Part shown: piece by piece, positions 11,941-25,514 of the stretch
Layout of the letters: the number at the start of each line of letters is the position of its first letter
Position numbering within the stretch: the first letter of the stretch is position 1
The notes under the pieces: generated by a model
The model's database searches: none
The model's input: only the letters and a program-made list of their open reading frames with translations
What the model was told of the DNA's origin: nothing
Made by a program: the position numbers and the translations under genes
NCBI GenBank assembly: GCA_964016885.1
Contig: OZ024745.1
Location: 119,412,001-119,476,000 of the forward strand
Length of the DNA stretch: 64,000 bases
From: Eledone cirrhosa
Taxonomy: Eukaryota
Reading direction: 5' to 3'

Positions 11941-13689
11941 AGTGTTTATGTATAATTACATTATCCACTATATTCACTCTTCATAGGATATCAGAGTTTA
12001 ATACAAGTGATATACAAGTTTAATACGAGGCTTCAATCTTAGCCGGTTTAATGTATTGATACACATCATTTAGTAAATAATATATATTTAGTAAATATAT
12101 ATATTTAGTAAATATATATATTTGTTGTTTTTAGGATCATCATTGAGCCAGTTATTTTTAGTAATGGTTGATCAACATAAGTGATTATTCCCCTTACAAT
12201 TAAATATGGGACTTTTATATAAGTTAAAAAGCAATATTTATATTCGGTTTCTTTCAACATTCTAAATACTTTTATTTTCGGTTCTATTTTATATTGTGTG
12301 AGAGATGTTTAAATGTAGCAAGTTCACAATAAATCATTTCGAAAATATCGGGCTGGTTCTCAGAAGAACTATTTCATTTTTCTTATCCCTGATACATGAG
12401 AGTTGGTGGGATGTTTTCTCAATAGGAGTACGTGATAAAATGATTTAGTAGGCATATGAAATGTATTGTACTGCAGCTATTCCATATAAGTGTCTACATA
12501 TTTTATGAACAAAATTAATTTTAATTCATGTATTTCATGTATACATCACATGCATTGCTATTTGCATCTTAAATATATCCAATATATCATTTCTTCCCTA
12601 TATTCTCTCCAGATCACAATTTTTCCTAACATTAACAGTTAATATTCCATATATTATTGATATATTATAGACTTCACACCACATAACAGAATTCATTATG
12701 ATAAATCTTTTCTACAATATCTTAGGATAGATTTTACGTGAACGAGTTTATCCTCGTGATTTCTTAACAAGTTGTTTAAATGATTGCAAATACTATGCTT
12801 ATCTCACATCTTATATAAATAATGAATTGTATAGTTCTAAACTCACAAAGGAAACTGTCAACAAGACAGTTTCTTTTGTATGTATCTGTGTAATATTGCA
12901 TATAATTATTTCTGTTCGAGACTCACTCAAGATCATTATTAAACTTTCACTGGTCATCTCATATGCATGTGAAACACATGAGTAATTCTTTAATATTATA
13001 TAGCATAAATGTTATTTGATTGTATGGCAACAGACTTTTGCATTCGTGAACTTGCATACTATTTTCCATTTATTCTGCCTACACGTTAGTCAGCTGTCAT
13101 TCCTGTGATTGCAACCATAATAGTAAATATATTTGAATACATCGTTACTCCGTATAATGTTATTCATTTTATTGGTTTCAGACATTACACGATAACTATG
13201 CAATGAATTGCTGTATTGCTGTAGGTACTCGTACTTGATAAATGAAGAAGTTTAATGTTGCAGTCTTCACTATTATACATCCCTTGGGTATAATACAAAG
13301 TAAAAAGTTGAAGTGCTGTTCGAAAGTGTTTGACATCTACTCTATATGTGTCCCTTATATTTTTGTAAGTGGTTTATTGGATATGTGTAGTCATTTGTCT
13401 TTATTCTGGAAGGTGTGATGGTGCCTAGTTATTAGTCTCTTACAGGACAATTGATTTCTACTATAGTTACATTTCAAGAAACTAAAGCACTGAGCAACTT
13501 ATCGTTCTAGGAATACATTATCCATCGTGCCTTTTCTATCTTAATCAGATATGGTGTGGTTAGAAGGAAATGCGGCTACTGCTTTGTGAATGTCGGTCAC
13601 CATATAGGTATGGAGCGTTTGATAATATACATTGATTATCAATTCGGGCTTACACAGTTTTCAATACCAGCCAATTTACTCTGCCAACT

Positions 13690-14200
13690 GGCTTTCCATC
13701 ACAACTGGAGCCAGCAAGCCTTGGCCGCAGAGATGGCAAGCGTTCCGATGGAATCACCCTCTTCCCATTCAAAGGAGATAGATCCATCATCCGGGACGGC
13801 ACTTGCTGTGACTCGATCTCCCCCCCTCCACCCCCCCCCCCAACTTAGTCGATTCAGCCACAAATCCCGGTACCGCGACCCGCCTTGCAGGAGTAAGCAA
13901 GCTAAACAAATGTCGGAGATTGTCCGGCCGTTTCCTCCTCTTCGCACCGGTCGCCGTCGAGACCTCACGTGTACTTGGACTTCATTCAGTCGAGCTCCTC
14001 CGCAAGATCGGAACGTCGGCGGCCCGTCAGAGGAAGGAGCTCTGCGAGGTGGGATGGCTGTTGCAGAGGGTGTCACGGGAATGCTTTTGCGGTCTTGTCC
14101 GCGGAGTACAGCCTCTTTACCACTACGCCCTAGGCCCAGAGCCCAGTCATCCACCCCTTCTCATCCCTATTCTTCTGTGACACTAGAGTCCTTGGCATGC
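13690..14200 (+). mobile_element. CRE-clade non-LTR retrotransposon 3' fragment (restriction-like endonuclease region)
   Basis: GFPSQLEPASLGRRDGKRSDGITLFPF...DGTCCDS, then FAPVAVETSRVLG...LLQRVS (ORF 13920..14180); matches the xRPDG / FVPxAVET motifs of RLE-type elements. Confidence 0.8.
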
Positions 14201-15269
14201 CATCTGTTTTTTCTTTTTCTCTCTTTTTATTATCTTTTCCTATTTTACATTCAATTCTTCTCAATCTAAATTTTCATTTTTTTTTTACATGATATATTCC
14301 ATAAATAAACTTATAATACGCTCTCTTTATTTCTGAGATTAGATTCTTAAAATTCTTATATCCACCAACATGTTCGGTTGAAGCATCGATTGAAGCATAC
14401 CTTTTATTTTGCCCTTCTGAATATTCTCAGGGTGCCAATCATTTGAGTTATAAATGAATAGACCAATGATACATTTCTCACTATAATTCCCAGTTCGCGT
14501 TGAACGACACAAATGAACTTACTTGAATAGTTATAGTTATTCATATTTTGTTGTTTACCTTAAGATCAGTGGTAATCTAAAATACATGTTACCAAAGGCC
14601 GTTAACGCCGTCACCCATGTCTTTCTTTAGGTATACTTTATCTAGAACTAGGTTATCCAATGTAGGTCCTATCTGAAATTGGCAGGGTGGGATTTGTCTA
14701 AAAGAAGGACGCCAATGGTTAGTTTCATGTCACCAATGCTTACCTACCAAATATTGTTTCTGTAATGAACACCCTTCCCTATCAGAAGATTGTACCGAAA
14801 CAAAAGAAGTTACATTTCTTTAGGAAGGGTTTATGTTATTCAGTGTGTGCAGTGTGTTTAATATCAATTCTCCCTCGCTCCTCACACAACTTGTAAACAA
14901 TCGTTATAATATAGAACACTGGAGGTTTTTCTATCAGTTTACTGGGGTGCGATAATATGCTTACTAAATTAGAGGCTTACATTCTGAATGTAATGCGCCA
15001 AAGAATTTTATTTAGTAGTACACACGTGTAGGTATAATCGAAAAATCTCTTTTTTAATTTTTTAATTAATAATTTTAGTCAAAGAAGACAGGTTGATCAT
15101 TGCTGAAATTTAATTAACTAAAATCAAACTAAAGCAGAATAGAATTATGGGAACACGTCCTGACATGATTTAAGATCATTAGAGTTTGTCAAATGTTAGT
15201 GCCAAGCTTTGTAATAGACGAGAGAGTAATATTTGATTGGACATAATTATCGTATTTTTATCCTTTATT

Positions 15270-16740
15270 AACTTATTCCTAGGGGTGTCGTGGGAAGAAA
15301 AGTTCGCAAACATGCCATTAGCGGGTCTTGTCATAAGTAATCGTCTTCAATTGATCTAGCTGAACTACCCAAGTTCATGGATGTATCCAGCCACCTTCCT
15401 CGAAGTCCATCCCTGGATCTACTTTATGCTTTTTGTCCGTAAAATCTGTCTAGTGATTATTTCCTTGAACGTTCTGACACTATATCCGAGGTATCGGTGC
15501 TGTGATCTCTCAGTTGAGAGAAGCAGCAACTCTACCTGGAGCAGCATCCTGATCTCCAAGTTATGCACCCTATCGAGTAATGTTACTGGAGAGGCCATTT
15601 GGAAGAACCCATTTCAAACGCTTGTTGTCGTGATCGAATTCTTTCGGTCATTACACTATATTCAGGCCCAAACATCGAATTGAAGACAGGTTGTTTGGCT
15701 GTTACACCTATCTTCATTCTTCTGATAACCCAATGCCAAGCTGGAGCGATTCTTGCATATAATTCAGCCTCCTACATTTCATCACTCATGAACGCGGTCC
15801 CGAAATAATTGAACTTCTCCACCTGCTTCAGTAGAACTACACTCACATTTAGAGTGCACTTCGCAGTCTTCTTTGAGAGAACGAGTATGTCAGTCTCCGC
15901 AGCACTGATTTTCATTCCTGTCGTGCAGGAAGGTGACATTACACCCATTAAGTGCGGGTCAGAGCTCACCTTCCGACGAATTAGGTAGTCCATTTCATCT
16001 GCAAATTCCAGCCGACCCATCCTACATCAGTTGTGATACCACTTCCAGCTTGGCTGTGCATGTTAATCCTGCTGATGAAGGTTATAAACAGGAGAAGTGA
16101 CAGTATGCATCCTTGGCGGAGACTGACGCCCACTTTGAATGGATTCGACTTAGCACTATTTATTAGACACACATATTAGGGCATTCATATAGCGACATCA
16201 GGGGGGGGCAACAAGAAGCTGTCATTCTCGGGATCTATGAAACAAGCGTATACCTCTTGGTTATGTTCCCACGATTTCTCGAATACCTTCCGCATAGTCG
16301 ACTGTGCTGCGTTCGCGGCGAAAACCACAATGTGCGTCCGCTAGCGTGGACTCGATAATATCCTTATATCTCTTTGCCATACACTTAGTTTAGACTTTAC
16401 CGAGGATGCTTAACAATGTCTGTTTGTCCCCCTTTTTGAAAATTGGAATCATCACTCCCGGTTGCCATTGCTTAGGTGCCTTTCCAGAGATCCAGTCCAG
16501 CCGGTACATACGAGTCAGCAAGAAAATATATTCTCTATTTAAGACTTGTAACATCTCATGCCGAATTTCATCTTCCTCAGAGGCCCTGCCCCATTTGAGC
16601 TCTTTAATTGCTCTGATATCCTCAGCCACCGAGATGTTAGTCATCGTGACCGGATGCACTTCAAGGTGTTGTGACCGGTTTTAAGTGATCAGCAACATTT
16701 TCTCTCCACCTCGCATGGATGCACATCCCTGACGATCCCC
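15270..16740 (-). pseudogene. Decayed RTE-clade LINE ORF (RT and C-terminus)
   Basis: QPGVMIPIFKKGDK, GVSLRQGCILSLLLFITF, RLEFADE, QVEKFNYFG; many stops and frameshifts. Confidence 0.88.
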
Positions 16741-17554
16741 TTCCTGATAGCAATCAAAGAACTAGTGAAGGAAGCCAAATGCTACCTGCTATATATAGTC
16801 AAAATCCTTCAAAATCCGTGGCTCTAGTACTGTAGAAGTGGATGGAGGATGAAATCTTCACTATTCAGAAATGACTGTACGGGGAGACAGGCGATACCCA
16901 CAAGTCCAAGGCTGTTGGAATGTGTTATGGACTGCATTTCATTGGGAGGGAGGAATTGCCTCTAGAAACTTATGCTGAAAAAAGCTGTCTGTGGGTGGTG
17001 CACATTTATACACCAAACAGAGAGTGCGAATAGAGATCCGTTGTTAATGACGTCATTGCAGCGTTAGATGTAGTTAAGTTAGTTTACACTCACAAAGATT
17101 TAGCACTCCTTCTCCAATTGGATTTGGTGTACTACATACTTGTTTCGGTTGCTGAATACAATCAGGGGTCGCTGCTTCTTCTGAAGGTCAATAGTTCTCA
17201 TCTAACTGGAGCGGGAGCGCCTTTCCATTGTCAATTTACATTGATCATCTGCAAAGCCGCATTGTTCTCAGGACGACTACACCAGTCTTTCGATGTGTGC
17301 AACTGGAACTACTGCCACCCATTGATTTGGCAGGATTATTTTTTTTTTTAGATGGCAATTGACTCTCAGGAGTTCTTCCACCCTTTGTCAGGTTTTGCTT
17401 TTGTCCTGCAGGGAGTGCAAAATCACCATCCTCACCAAGTAAACTCGGTGGGCTTGCCGGTTTAGTCGCCGACGACCGGACCGTGTGACAGGATGTACTG
17501 GGTTACATGCTACCAGTAGCACTCAAGAGTGACCTGACAAAAATGTAGTTAAGA

Positions 17555-17790
17555 CTGGGCCTTATAACCTAATGGGAGACATGAATGCATAGGTTGGTAC
17601 TCACCAGATAACATGGACAGGAGTTACTAGAAGAAATGGCGATCCACATCTAAATAAAATGGAGTAATCTTATTACATCTCTGTTCTAGTAATGGGCTCT
17701 CTATTACTAATACATTCTCCTAGCACAGAGACATCCATAAATATGCATGGTTTAAGGAAAACGGCTTATAGAGATCAATAATTGATTCTG
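17555..17790 (+). mobile_element. RTE LINE APE-endonuclease fragment
   Basis: LMGDMNA*VG...LNKNG..LLHLCSSNGLSITNTF..HRDIHKYAW. Confidence 0.8.
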
Positions 17791-18254
17791 TTATTGTCTT
17801 GAGTGACGTAATATCGTAAAATAATATATGACTAGAGAAACATAACCAGGGACGCTAGCTACAAGAAAAAACAATTGTAAAGTAACTTGCAATATACATA
17901 TTGTAGTGAGCCAAGAAAATGTGATTGTTCTTACACTTTTAGGGATGACAAACGTTCTATCAATAATGACAGCATTGATAACCTCGGATTTCAATAAATC
18001 AAAATTAATTTTAAATACAATGCATTTACGAATGTGAATATCGTGTATAAAAATAAAATATTTTCGTGCATTAAATGTGATTTTAATGTGGGTAATTTGC
18101 TGTTGCAGCTATTAAAAACAGTTCTGTCATGCTTATTGGGGAATTTGAAGCGTTTATTTTTAAACAACCTCTATTCAGACCTGTAGATTGGGGATGACAG
18201 CCAGTAATTTTATTTTCTATTTTTCTATCTTTCTTGTCATTATTATTGTTATTT

Positions 18255-18425
18255 GTAGATTGGCAGTATCAGTAGAGGGTTGGAGGCCACGCTTTGCAGC
18301 ATAGTTATGGCCCTTTACGTTCTGAGTTCAAATCCCGCCGAGGTTAACTTTGACTTTCATCATTACTGGTTTGATAAAATAAATCACTGGGATAATTGTT
18401 GGCCTTGTGTCAAAAAAGTTATTAT
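18255..18425 (+). mobile_element. tRNA-derived SINE (dominant family)
   Basis: Colinear with 20220-20395. Confidence 0.8.
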
Positions 18426-18448
18426 CATTTGCCATATAATCACTTGTA

Positions 18449-18527
18449 TTGGGTCATCAAGTATGAAATTTGTAGGTATTTGTTTTGTGTTTTTAAATGC
18501 CTACAAATGTCATACTTGATGACCCCA
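18449..18527. mobile_element. ~80-bp mariner-type MITE (MADE1-like architecture)
   Basis: TA-flanked TIRs ttgggtcatcaagtatgaaatttgtag / ctacaaatgtcatacttgatgacccca; further copies at 50391-50460 and 58360-58448. Confidence 0.8.
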
Positions 18528-18639
18528 TATTTTACTGGAGTATTTGTTGATTAACAAAATATCTATAAAAGCAATAAAATATTACAATAGAAATATAGAG
18601 ACTAGAAAAAGCTCATACCTTGAAAACTAGAGACGGGTC

Positions 18640-19540
18640 CTGGTCTATGAAGCCTATCTAAGTCAATCACACAAATCACGAATATGTCGTCCGTGTAGCT
18701 GACTATCTTGAATTGTGGACAGCTATGCTAGACCTATCTATTTCCTTACAAAATATTCTATCTAGATATGATCTGGATGACCCGATACGGTTTGTCCAAG
18801 TCCACATTGGCACATTCGGGAAATCCAATCGGTACCTGTCAGACAGTTCTAAACGCCTGAGCAGGTTGGTGAGGCTGTTACACCCTTCTCCCCTATCCGC
18901 TAATCCCACACAGTCCCACCGTGCATCTAATATCCCGTTCCAGTCGCCCACTAACACTAAAGAGCGGGACGTTCCAAGAAAGGTCTCCAGACGCCGTAAG
19001 AAATCAGGCCGCCCTGCTCCTGTCGGGGCATAGACGGCCACTAGCCTGAAAGCTTGCCCGTCTCTGCTGGTCACGTCCAGCAACACCAAATTACCTTCTG
19101 GGTCCAGGAAGATGGCCGCTATGGCGAGATTCAAACCTCTCCGAAAAAGCACAGCAAATACTCCCCCCGATCTAGGACGGCTGGGAGATGCGTACACATC
19201 GTAGCCACCGAAGATCGGTGCGAAGGCCCTTGCTTCGGAGATTCTGGTCTCGCTGATTGTCACCACATCTATGTTTAGTGACCTGAGGTCGTTGAGCAGG
19301 TGGCCCTGCTTCCATGACGACCCCAAGCCACGCGCATTTATGCTGCATATTCTGAGTGAGGTCAGGTTGAAAAGGAGTGGAAAAGATGGGAAAGACCACT
19401 TACCTTACTTCTCGTAGAGGAAGGATGGTTTCGCCATCCTTCTCACTGCTTGTGGCCTCTTCCGGAAGGATGTCCTTATAAATCCTCCTGGAGAGTGTTT
19501 TTACAGAAGTCTCCGATGTCCTTGGGGAATTTTTCTTTTA
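18640..19540 (-). mobile_element. L1/Tx1-clade LINE fragment: ORF2 APE endonuclease (ORF 18703..19326) and probable end of ORF1
   Basis: SINARGLG, DVVTISET, RLVAVYAP, LVGDWN, WTW...SYLDRI motifs of the L1-EN domain. Confidence 0.92.
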
Positions 19541-19587
19541 GTGTCGTGTACGTTTTCTGTGTGATGAATAAATATAATAATAGTAAT

Positions 19588-19766
19588 AATTATTTCTAAT
19601 TTAGGCACAAGGCCAGCAATTACTCAGTGCATTACTGGTACTTTATTTTATCCACCCCGTAATGATGAAATGCAAAGTCAACCTCGGCGGGATTTGAACT
19701 CAGATCGTAAAGGGACGTAACTATGCTGGAAAGAATGGCGTCCGACCCTCTACCGATACTGCCAAT
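19588..19766 (-). mobile_element. tRNA-derived SINE (dominant family)
   Basis: Near-full-length reverse copy. Confidence 0.88.
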
Positions 19767-19769
19767 GAA

Positions 19770-20210
19770 ATTATTGTGTATAGTGCTCAGGTGCACTACA
19801 ACTCATCAAAGTTGCATGTATAGTACATAGAATAATGTACAAATGTCAGGAAAATGAACAGTGTACGAGTCATGAAATATATGTGTGCGTGTGTACGGAG
19901 GGGGACATCAGGTGCAGTGTTGGCGAATTTCAGGAAGCTTGGAGCTTTTAGAGGATTCAGTGTTTCCACAGCTAACAACTGATGCAAGTACTTTTTTCCA
20001 TGCTTTAGCAACTCTGAGCGTGAAAAAATGTTTCCGAAAGTCATGGGAACTGTGCTGTTTTCTGACTGTGTAGGCATGGCCACGGCTGTTAGACACATGG
20101 AATTCTAGAAGGTGCTCAGCGTTGTTGTTGGCAAGGTGGTTATCTAATACAATTCTCAAAAGAAAGGTCACCACTGCCAACAACATCAATAGGAACATGA
20201 GCAACAAAAA
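19770..20210 (-). mobile_element. CR1 LINE 3' fragment
   Basis: ORF 19908..20207: SRGHAYTVRKQ...FRKHFFTLRVAKAW..LASVV, the typical CR1 C-terminus, followed by a 3' UTR. Confidence 0.85.
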
Positions 20211-20219
20211 GCAATGATT

Positions 20220-20395
20220 ATTTGGAGTAGAGGGTCGGACGCCATACTTTCCAGCATAGTTACGTCCCTTTACGATCTGAGTTCAAATCCCGCCGAGGTT
20301 GACTTTGCCTTTCATCCTTACGGGGTCGATAAAATAAAGTACCAGTAATGCACTGGGTAATTGCTGGCCTTGTGCCTAAAGTAGAAACAATTATT
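20220..20395 (+). mobile_element. tRNA-derived SINE (dominant family)
   Basis: gagttcaaatcccgccgaggttgactttgcctttcatccttacggggtcgataaaataaagtaccag...gtagaaacaattatt. Confidence 0.9.
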
Positions 20396-20433
20396 TGGAG
20401 GAAAAGCAATGAGCTCTTGGACCCAGGACTCCC

Positions 20434-20544
20434 GTGTACATAGGCTTCTTGTGTACACAGACTCCTTGTGTACACAGGCTTCTTGTGTACACAGACTCCT
20501 TGTGTACACAGACTCCTTGTGTACAGATGATTTCGTGTACACAG
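20434..20544. repeat. 17-bp tandem repeat, about 6 copies
   Basis: Unit gtgtacacagactcctt. Confidence 0.9.
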
Positions 20545-20642
20545 CATTTCCTGTTATCTGGGTTGTTACTGCCCATCGCGATTGAACCCAGTTCTCATCC
20601 ATCGTTCCTTTAATTAATGCTTCAGGCAATATTGACCTCATT

Positions 20643-20815
20643 TACTACTGCTGCTGCTGCTACTACTGCTGCTACTACTACTACTACTATTGCTCCTTCT
20701 GTTGCTGCTACTACTACTACTACTACTGCTGATGCTGCTGCTATTATACTACCGTTAGCATCGACAGTCTTTTCTGTAGTAGTTGTAGTAGTAGTAGTAG
20801 TAGTGGTAGTAGTAT

Positions 20816-20872
<57 letters not shown>

Positions 20873-20995
20873 CACCAACAGTAGTAGAGTTACTATTGTA
20901 GTAGTAGTAGCAGCAGCAGCAGCAGCAGTAATAATAGAATTACTATTCTAGTAGTAGTAGTAGTAGTAGCACCAGCAGAAGTAGAAGTAGAATTA
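20643..20995. repeat. (CTA/CTG)n followed by (GTA/GCA)n trinucleotide tracts
   Basis: Direct inspection. Confidence 0.95.
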
Positions 20996-21549
20996 CGATT
21001 GTAATAATTGTTTCTACTTTTGGCACAAGGCCAGCAAATTTGTAATTAATATTTGGAGGTGTATTATTGGCGAGGGTTTATATTAGAAAGTATATTTGCT
21101 TAGATATGTTTATAAACAATGGAAGCGATTGAAAATTAGCAGAGGGAAAATCTGTTGATGGCTGCTTATATCAACAAAGAAGTTTATTTTAACATTTTAA
21201 GCATACTTGTAAAAATATCATAAGAACAGCGTAATGGACATAAGTTATACGTTTGAAAATTGAAAGTAAATAGTTACTAATGGTTAATGGTATTTACAAA
21301 GCAAACACTGTTTGACTTGATTATATATAACTTCACGCAGCAACCGGCCTATCTCTAAGCAGATATTTACTAAAACAGACAACGTATATACTCACAAGTG
21401 AAATTATTTACACGGTAAAGACTTCACAGTCACACGGCATAAGAGAAATGATAAGCAAATCTCTTAATAGAAAATGTAGTCTCACCTATATATAAATTTC
21501 TGCGAATCCGTCACAACACGTAAAGAGAGAGGAATAGTTTCACTACCTC

Positions 21550-22190
21550 ATACTACTCCTCTCTCTTTACGTCTGCTGCTAGTCCACATCATCATATGTG
21601 CGTTGAGGGTTTTTTCGCTTTCCTCATGCTCTTGTGCTGTTATCTCTCTTGTGTTGATGATGTGGGGTTGAATTGCCTGGATGTAGTTTGGCAGGCTGTC
21701 AACTGACATTCTACCACACCTGTCTGTTGGTAAGCATACAACCTCTCCATTTCCTGAGCGCTGCATAAGCTTACGCAAGCCATTTGTGGATTTTCTCCCC
21801 AGTTGCTGGATCTCCATTTTATTCTGTTTCCTGATATGCTGTTCTAGAATCTTTTTAAGTTTAGTTCTGGCTATTGTAAAGAAGATAGAACAAGTAAATA
21901 AACCCATAAATAAGTAAATAAAAACAAACCCGGATGTAACGCATGCGCAAACTAAGCTAGTGTGATGTAGGACAGAACAAAGGAGAGAGACAAAAAATAA
22001 AAACCTAGTCACTGAGGAGGTCTCAGAATGTGCGACGAAAGAGCTTTGATAATATATAAACAACCTTCCGGTTATCGAACCAACCAACAAACAAACCGGA
22101 AAGTTATAATAAATTGAAGTGAAAACCAACAGGTGCGTGTGTTATTATTGGCAACATCCGAAACGATCGCAAACCAATGAAATGAATATG
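21550..22190 (-). mobile_element. Penelope-like element fragment: RT N-terminal coding piece plus pseudo-LTR in opposite orientation
   Basis: ORF 21548..22129 includes GEVVCLPTDRCGRMSVDSLPNY, resembling the PLE (A/T)DKG-type motif; 21880-22190 is homologous to 33000-33400 and 39990-40320. Confidence 0.65.
22008..22050 (+). ncRNA. Minimal type I hammerhead ribozyme motif
   Basis: gtca CTGAGGA g-gtctcagaatgtgcgac GAAA gagc TT tgat; short stem I, imperfect stem II. Confidence 0.6.
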
Positions 22191-22375
22191 TAAAATAACT
22201 TGCCTTCGTTATTATTATCATTGTTAAACTAATATCTAATATATCAGACCCTGAATTTAAAGGATTGACTCAGCAGAACACGGTATTTATCTCTGGATAT
22301 CACTGAATTACTTGCTAATGGATTACATTGATTTCTAACTACGGTATAGACCCTACCACAAAAGGTAGACCACAT

Positions 22376-22633
<258 letters not shown>

Positions 22634-22807
22634 TACCCACTCTACTACCCTAAGTATTGAGTACTTTGGTGCGTTATGGTCCACCTGGTTCCTTACCACA
22701 TTTCCTTCGTTATATATATATATATAAAGTGTTTCCGTAGGAAGGGTAAATGGAAGGAGAGTGCTCTATGTAAGTTACAGAGCTATTTAGTTAGGGTTAG
22801 CGATAAA

Positions 22808-22882
22808 ATTTCATTCTGATGAGCGATTTCAGACGTCTGTGTGAAGCTCGTCTCTCTTCGTGAAACCTTTGGTAAATGGAAT
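22808..22882 (+). ncRNA. Type I hammerhead ribozyme motif, intact core
   Basis: atttcatt CTGATGA gcga...tcgt GAAA cc-ttt-gg TA aatggaat; GUA cleavage triplet. Confidence 0.8.
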
Positions 22883-22928
22883 AATTGTCTTATGTTGTTT
22901 ATTACATAACGAAATCTATATCTATATC

Positions 22929-23443
<515 letters not shown>

Positions 23444-23471
23444 GCAGAGTATAAAAGTTTTAATATAGATG

Positions 23472-23515
23472 AGATTCTACAGGACTAGAACTGTTTCATT
23501 CATTAGAAATCATCA
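23472..23515 (-). ncRNA. 5'-truncated hammerhead motif fused to (TA)n
   Basis: Minus strand: (c)TGATGA tttc-taat-gaat GAAA cagttctag TC ctgtagaatc. Confidence 0.6.
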
Positions 23516-23523
23516 TATATATA

Positions 23524-23561
<38 letters not shown>

Positions 23562-23579
23562 TAAAAATTAAACAAAAAT

Positions 23580-23629
<50 letters not shown>

Positions 23630-23632
<3 letters not shown>

Positions 23633-23830
23633 CGAAGGAAGTGTGGTAAGGAACCAGGTGGACCATAACGCGCCATAGTACTCGATACTTTGGTAGTAGA
23701 GTGGATAATAGGAAGCGTCAGGACCCCGACGACTGGGCTCCCGCCGTTTCGACAGCTAGTTCGACAGCTAGTTCAGAACCAGCTGCCGAAACGGCCGGAG
23801 CTCGGCCGTCCGAGTCCTGACTCTTTTCAC
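23630..23830. mobile_element. Second copy of the 22.5-kb family with a diverged fold-back (23717-23821)
   Basis: Shares gaaggaagtgtggtaaggaaccaggtggaccataacg with 22634-22712 (inverted) and 29357-29500. Confidence 0.8.
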
Positions 23831-24359
23831 TCTCTATACACACTCACACACACATAACGGACTGGACGTACATTTCCGCACAGTATTTAATCAGTTCCTT
23901 TTCAGCGGATGAGTTATGCACCTGCTAGCACACAGGTACGAACCTGTATAAAGATAACATGAGAAACATTTTTATTATAATGGTAGTAATTTTCAGGGGA
24001 CATATTTTACTGAACACCCCCTTAGACCCGATAAAACTATAAATGTTTAACGCCTACAAAAAATTCACTATGATGATTGATTTTCAAATCAATTCACTTC
24101 AATGCAATTCATTACCATTATATTAACGATAAAAATTTATTTTGTGTTATTAATTTTATAAACAAATATTTTTAATTTTCAATTATTTCACCTTTGAACA
24201 TTTTTGTCATATATAATTTAATGAAAATGGTGTGGAAATAATATGAGAGTGTTAGACTGGGTGTATTGCACTACTTAATTACGTTCATTTCACGTTCTAT
24301 TTCATTAATTAGTCTAAACCACGCTGAGATTCACTTTGGGTTTTATGCTTATCATCAGG

Positions 24360-24540
24360 GCGCACGCACACACACACACATACACATCCATTCATACATA
24401 CATACACACACATCCATACATACACACATACACACATACATACACACACACACACACACCAACACACATCCATACATACACACATACATACACACATACA
24501 CACACATACATACACACATACACACACACATATACACAGC
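24360..24540. repeat. (CA)n/(CATA)n microsatellite
   Basis: Direct inspection. Confidence 0.95.
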
Positions 24541-25021
24541 GTCTCTTTCTTTCTCTAATAGTATAACGGAAGGAAATTCCATAAGAAAATACAGGTGAAA
24601 AAGAATGAAGAAGAATGAAGAAGAATGCAGAAGCTGAAATAAAAATACAGAAGATTAAACACATAAAACAAAATGAAAAAAGGGAAAAAAGTATGTGTTT
24701 GAATGAAGTACAGAGAAACATTCTTTAGAGAAAAAATCATAGTGAAAATATTCCTAAGTTGAAAACATCTTCAATCCGAGAGCATAGGTGGACCTCTCGA
24801 TGTCTTACGTACACATGCGTTGGCTTATAATATTATCAAAGAATGTATTGCCAAAATATTTAACTTTGAAAGGATTAACACATTACTAAATAGTAAAGTT
24901 CGAGCATATGTAAATTTCTTTAAGCTGTATAATATACATGTGAACTGTAGAATTTCTAAGCAGGTCGTCATTATACTGAGAAACCAATTCTAATACCTAG
25001 ACAGCCCTGAGATTGTGATTA

Positions 25022-25514
25022 CCATGTATGTCGGCGTACAAGTCGATCCGGATCATAGATAGACCCGTAAAATTCTGAGGAGTAATTCAGGTCTCGGCTT
25101 ATAATCGCCGGATAAGATGGCCCCCACAAAATAAGGCAGTTGCAGGGGAAATAATTAAGTAGATTTAGTGGCGCGCTAAAGGCTAAGATATTTCTAAACA
25201 CTTCATTAGCAAGTGAGTTCTAACTCGCTGAGTAAACCACCCTAGCCTAACCTTAATGAACCTACGGTAACCTACCCTATAAGCTACGGCAATCAATGAT
25301 ATTATTATAATCTCTACATTAAATAGACTTAACAGCTATGAGGTTCAGTAGGAAATTATGGTAAGTAGTGGACGACTCGTATTAGGCAGGCAGTTTCACT
25401 GTTTATCCCTCAATGGTAAAAGTTCCCATTTTATATTCGGTGGACAAGTCGACCCCTGGTTTTGGAAAGATATTTTTAGGCTCCAAATATCGATTTGTAT
25501 ATCGGCATATACGG
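25022..25514. mobile_element. Non-autonomous TcMar (Tc2/pogo-like) DNA transposon, full length
   Basis: TA-flanked imperfect TIRs ccatgtatgtcggcgtacaagtcga / tcgatttgtatatcggcatatacgg. Confidence 0.8.

Noticed and set aside
13556-14269. 237-aa ORF as a host gene
   Set aside because: Off-frame read-through of a GC-rich CRE retrotransposon fragment; conserved motifs are in other frames.
22787-22800. Telomeric TTAGGG repeat
   Set aside because: Fewer than two units; chance occurrence.
23860-24265. Possible DNA transposon with tttccgcac / gtgtggaaa subterminal inverted motifs
   Set aside because: TIRs and TSD could not be defined convincingly.
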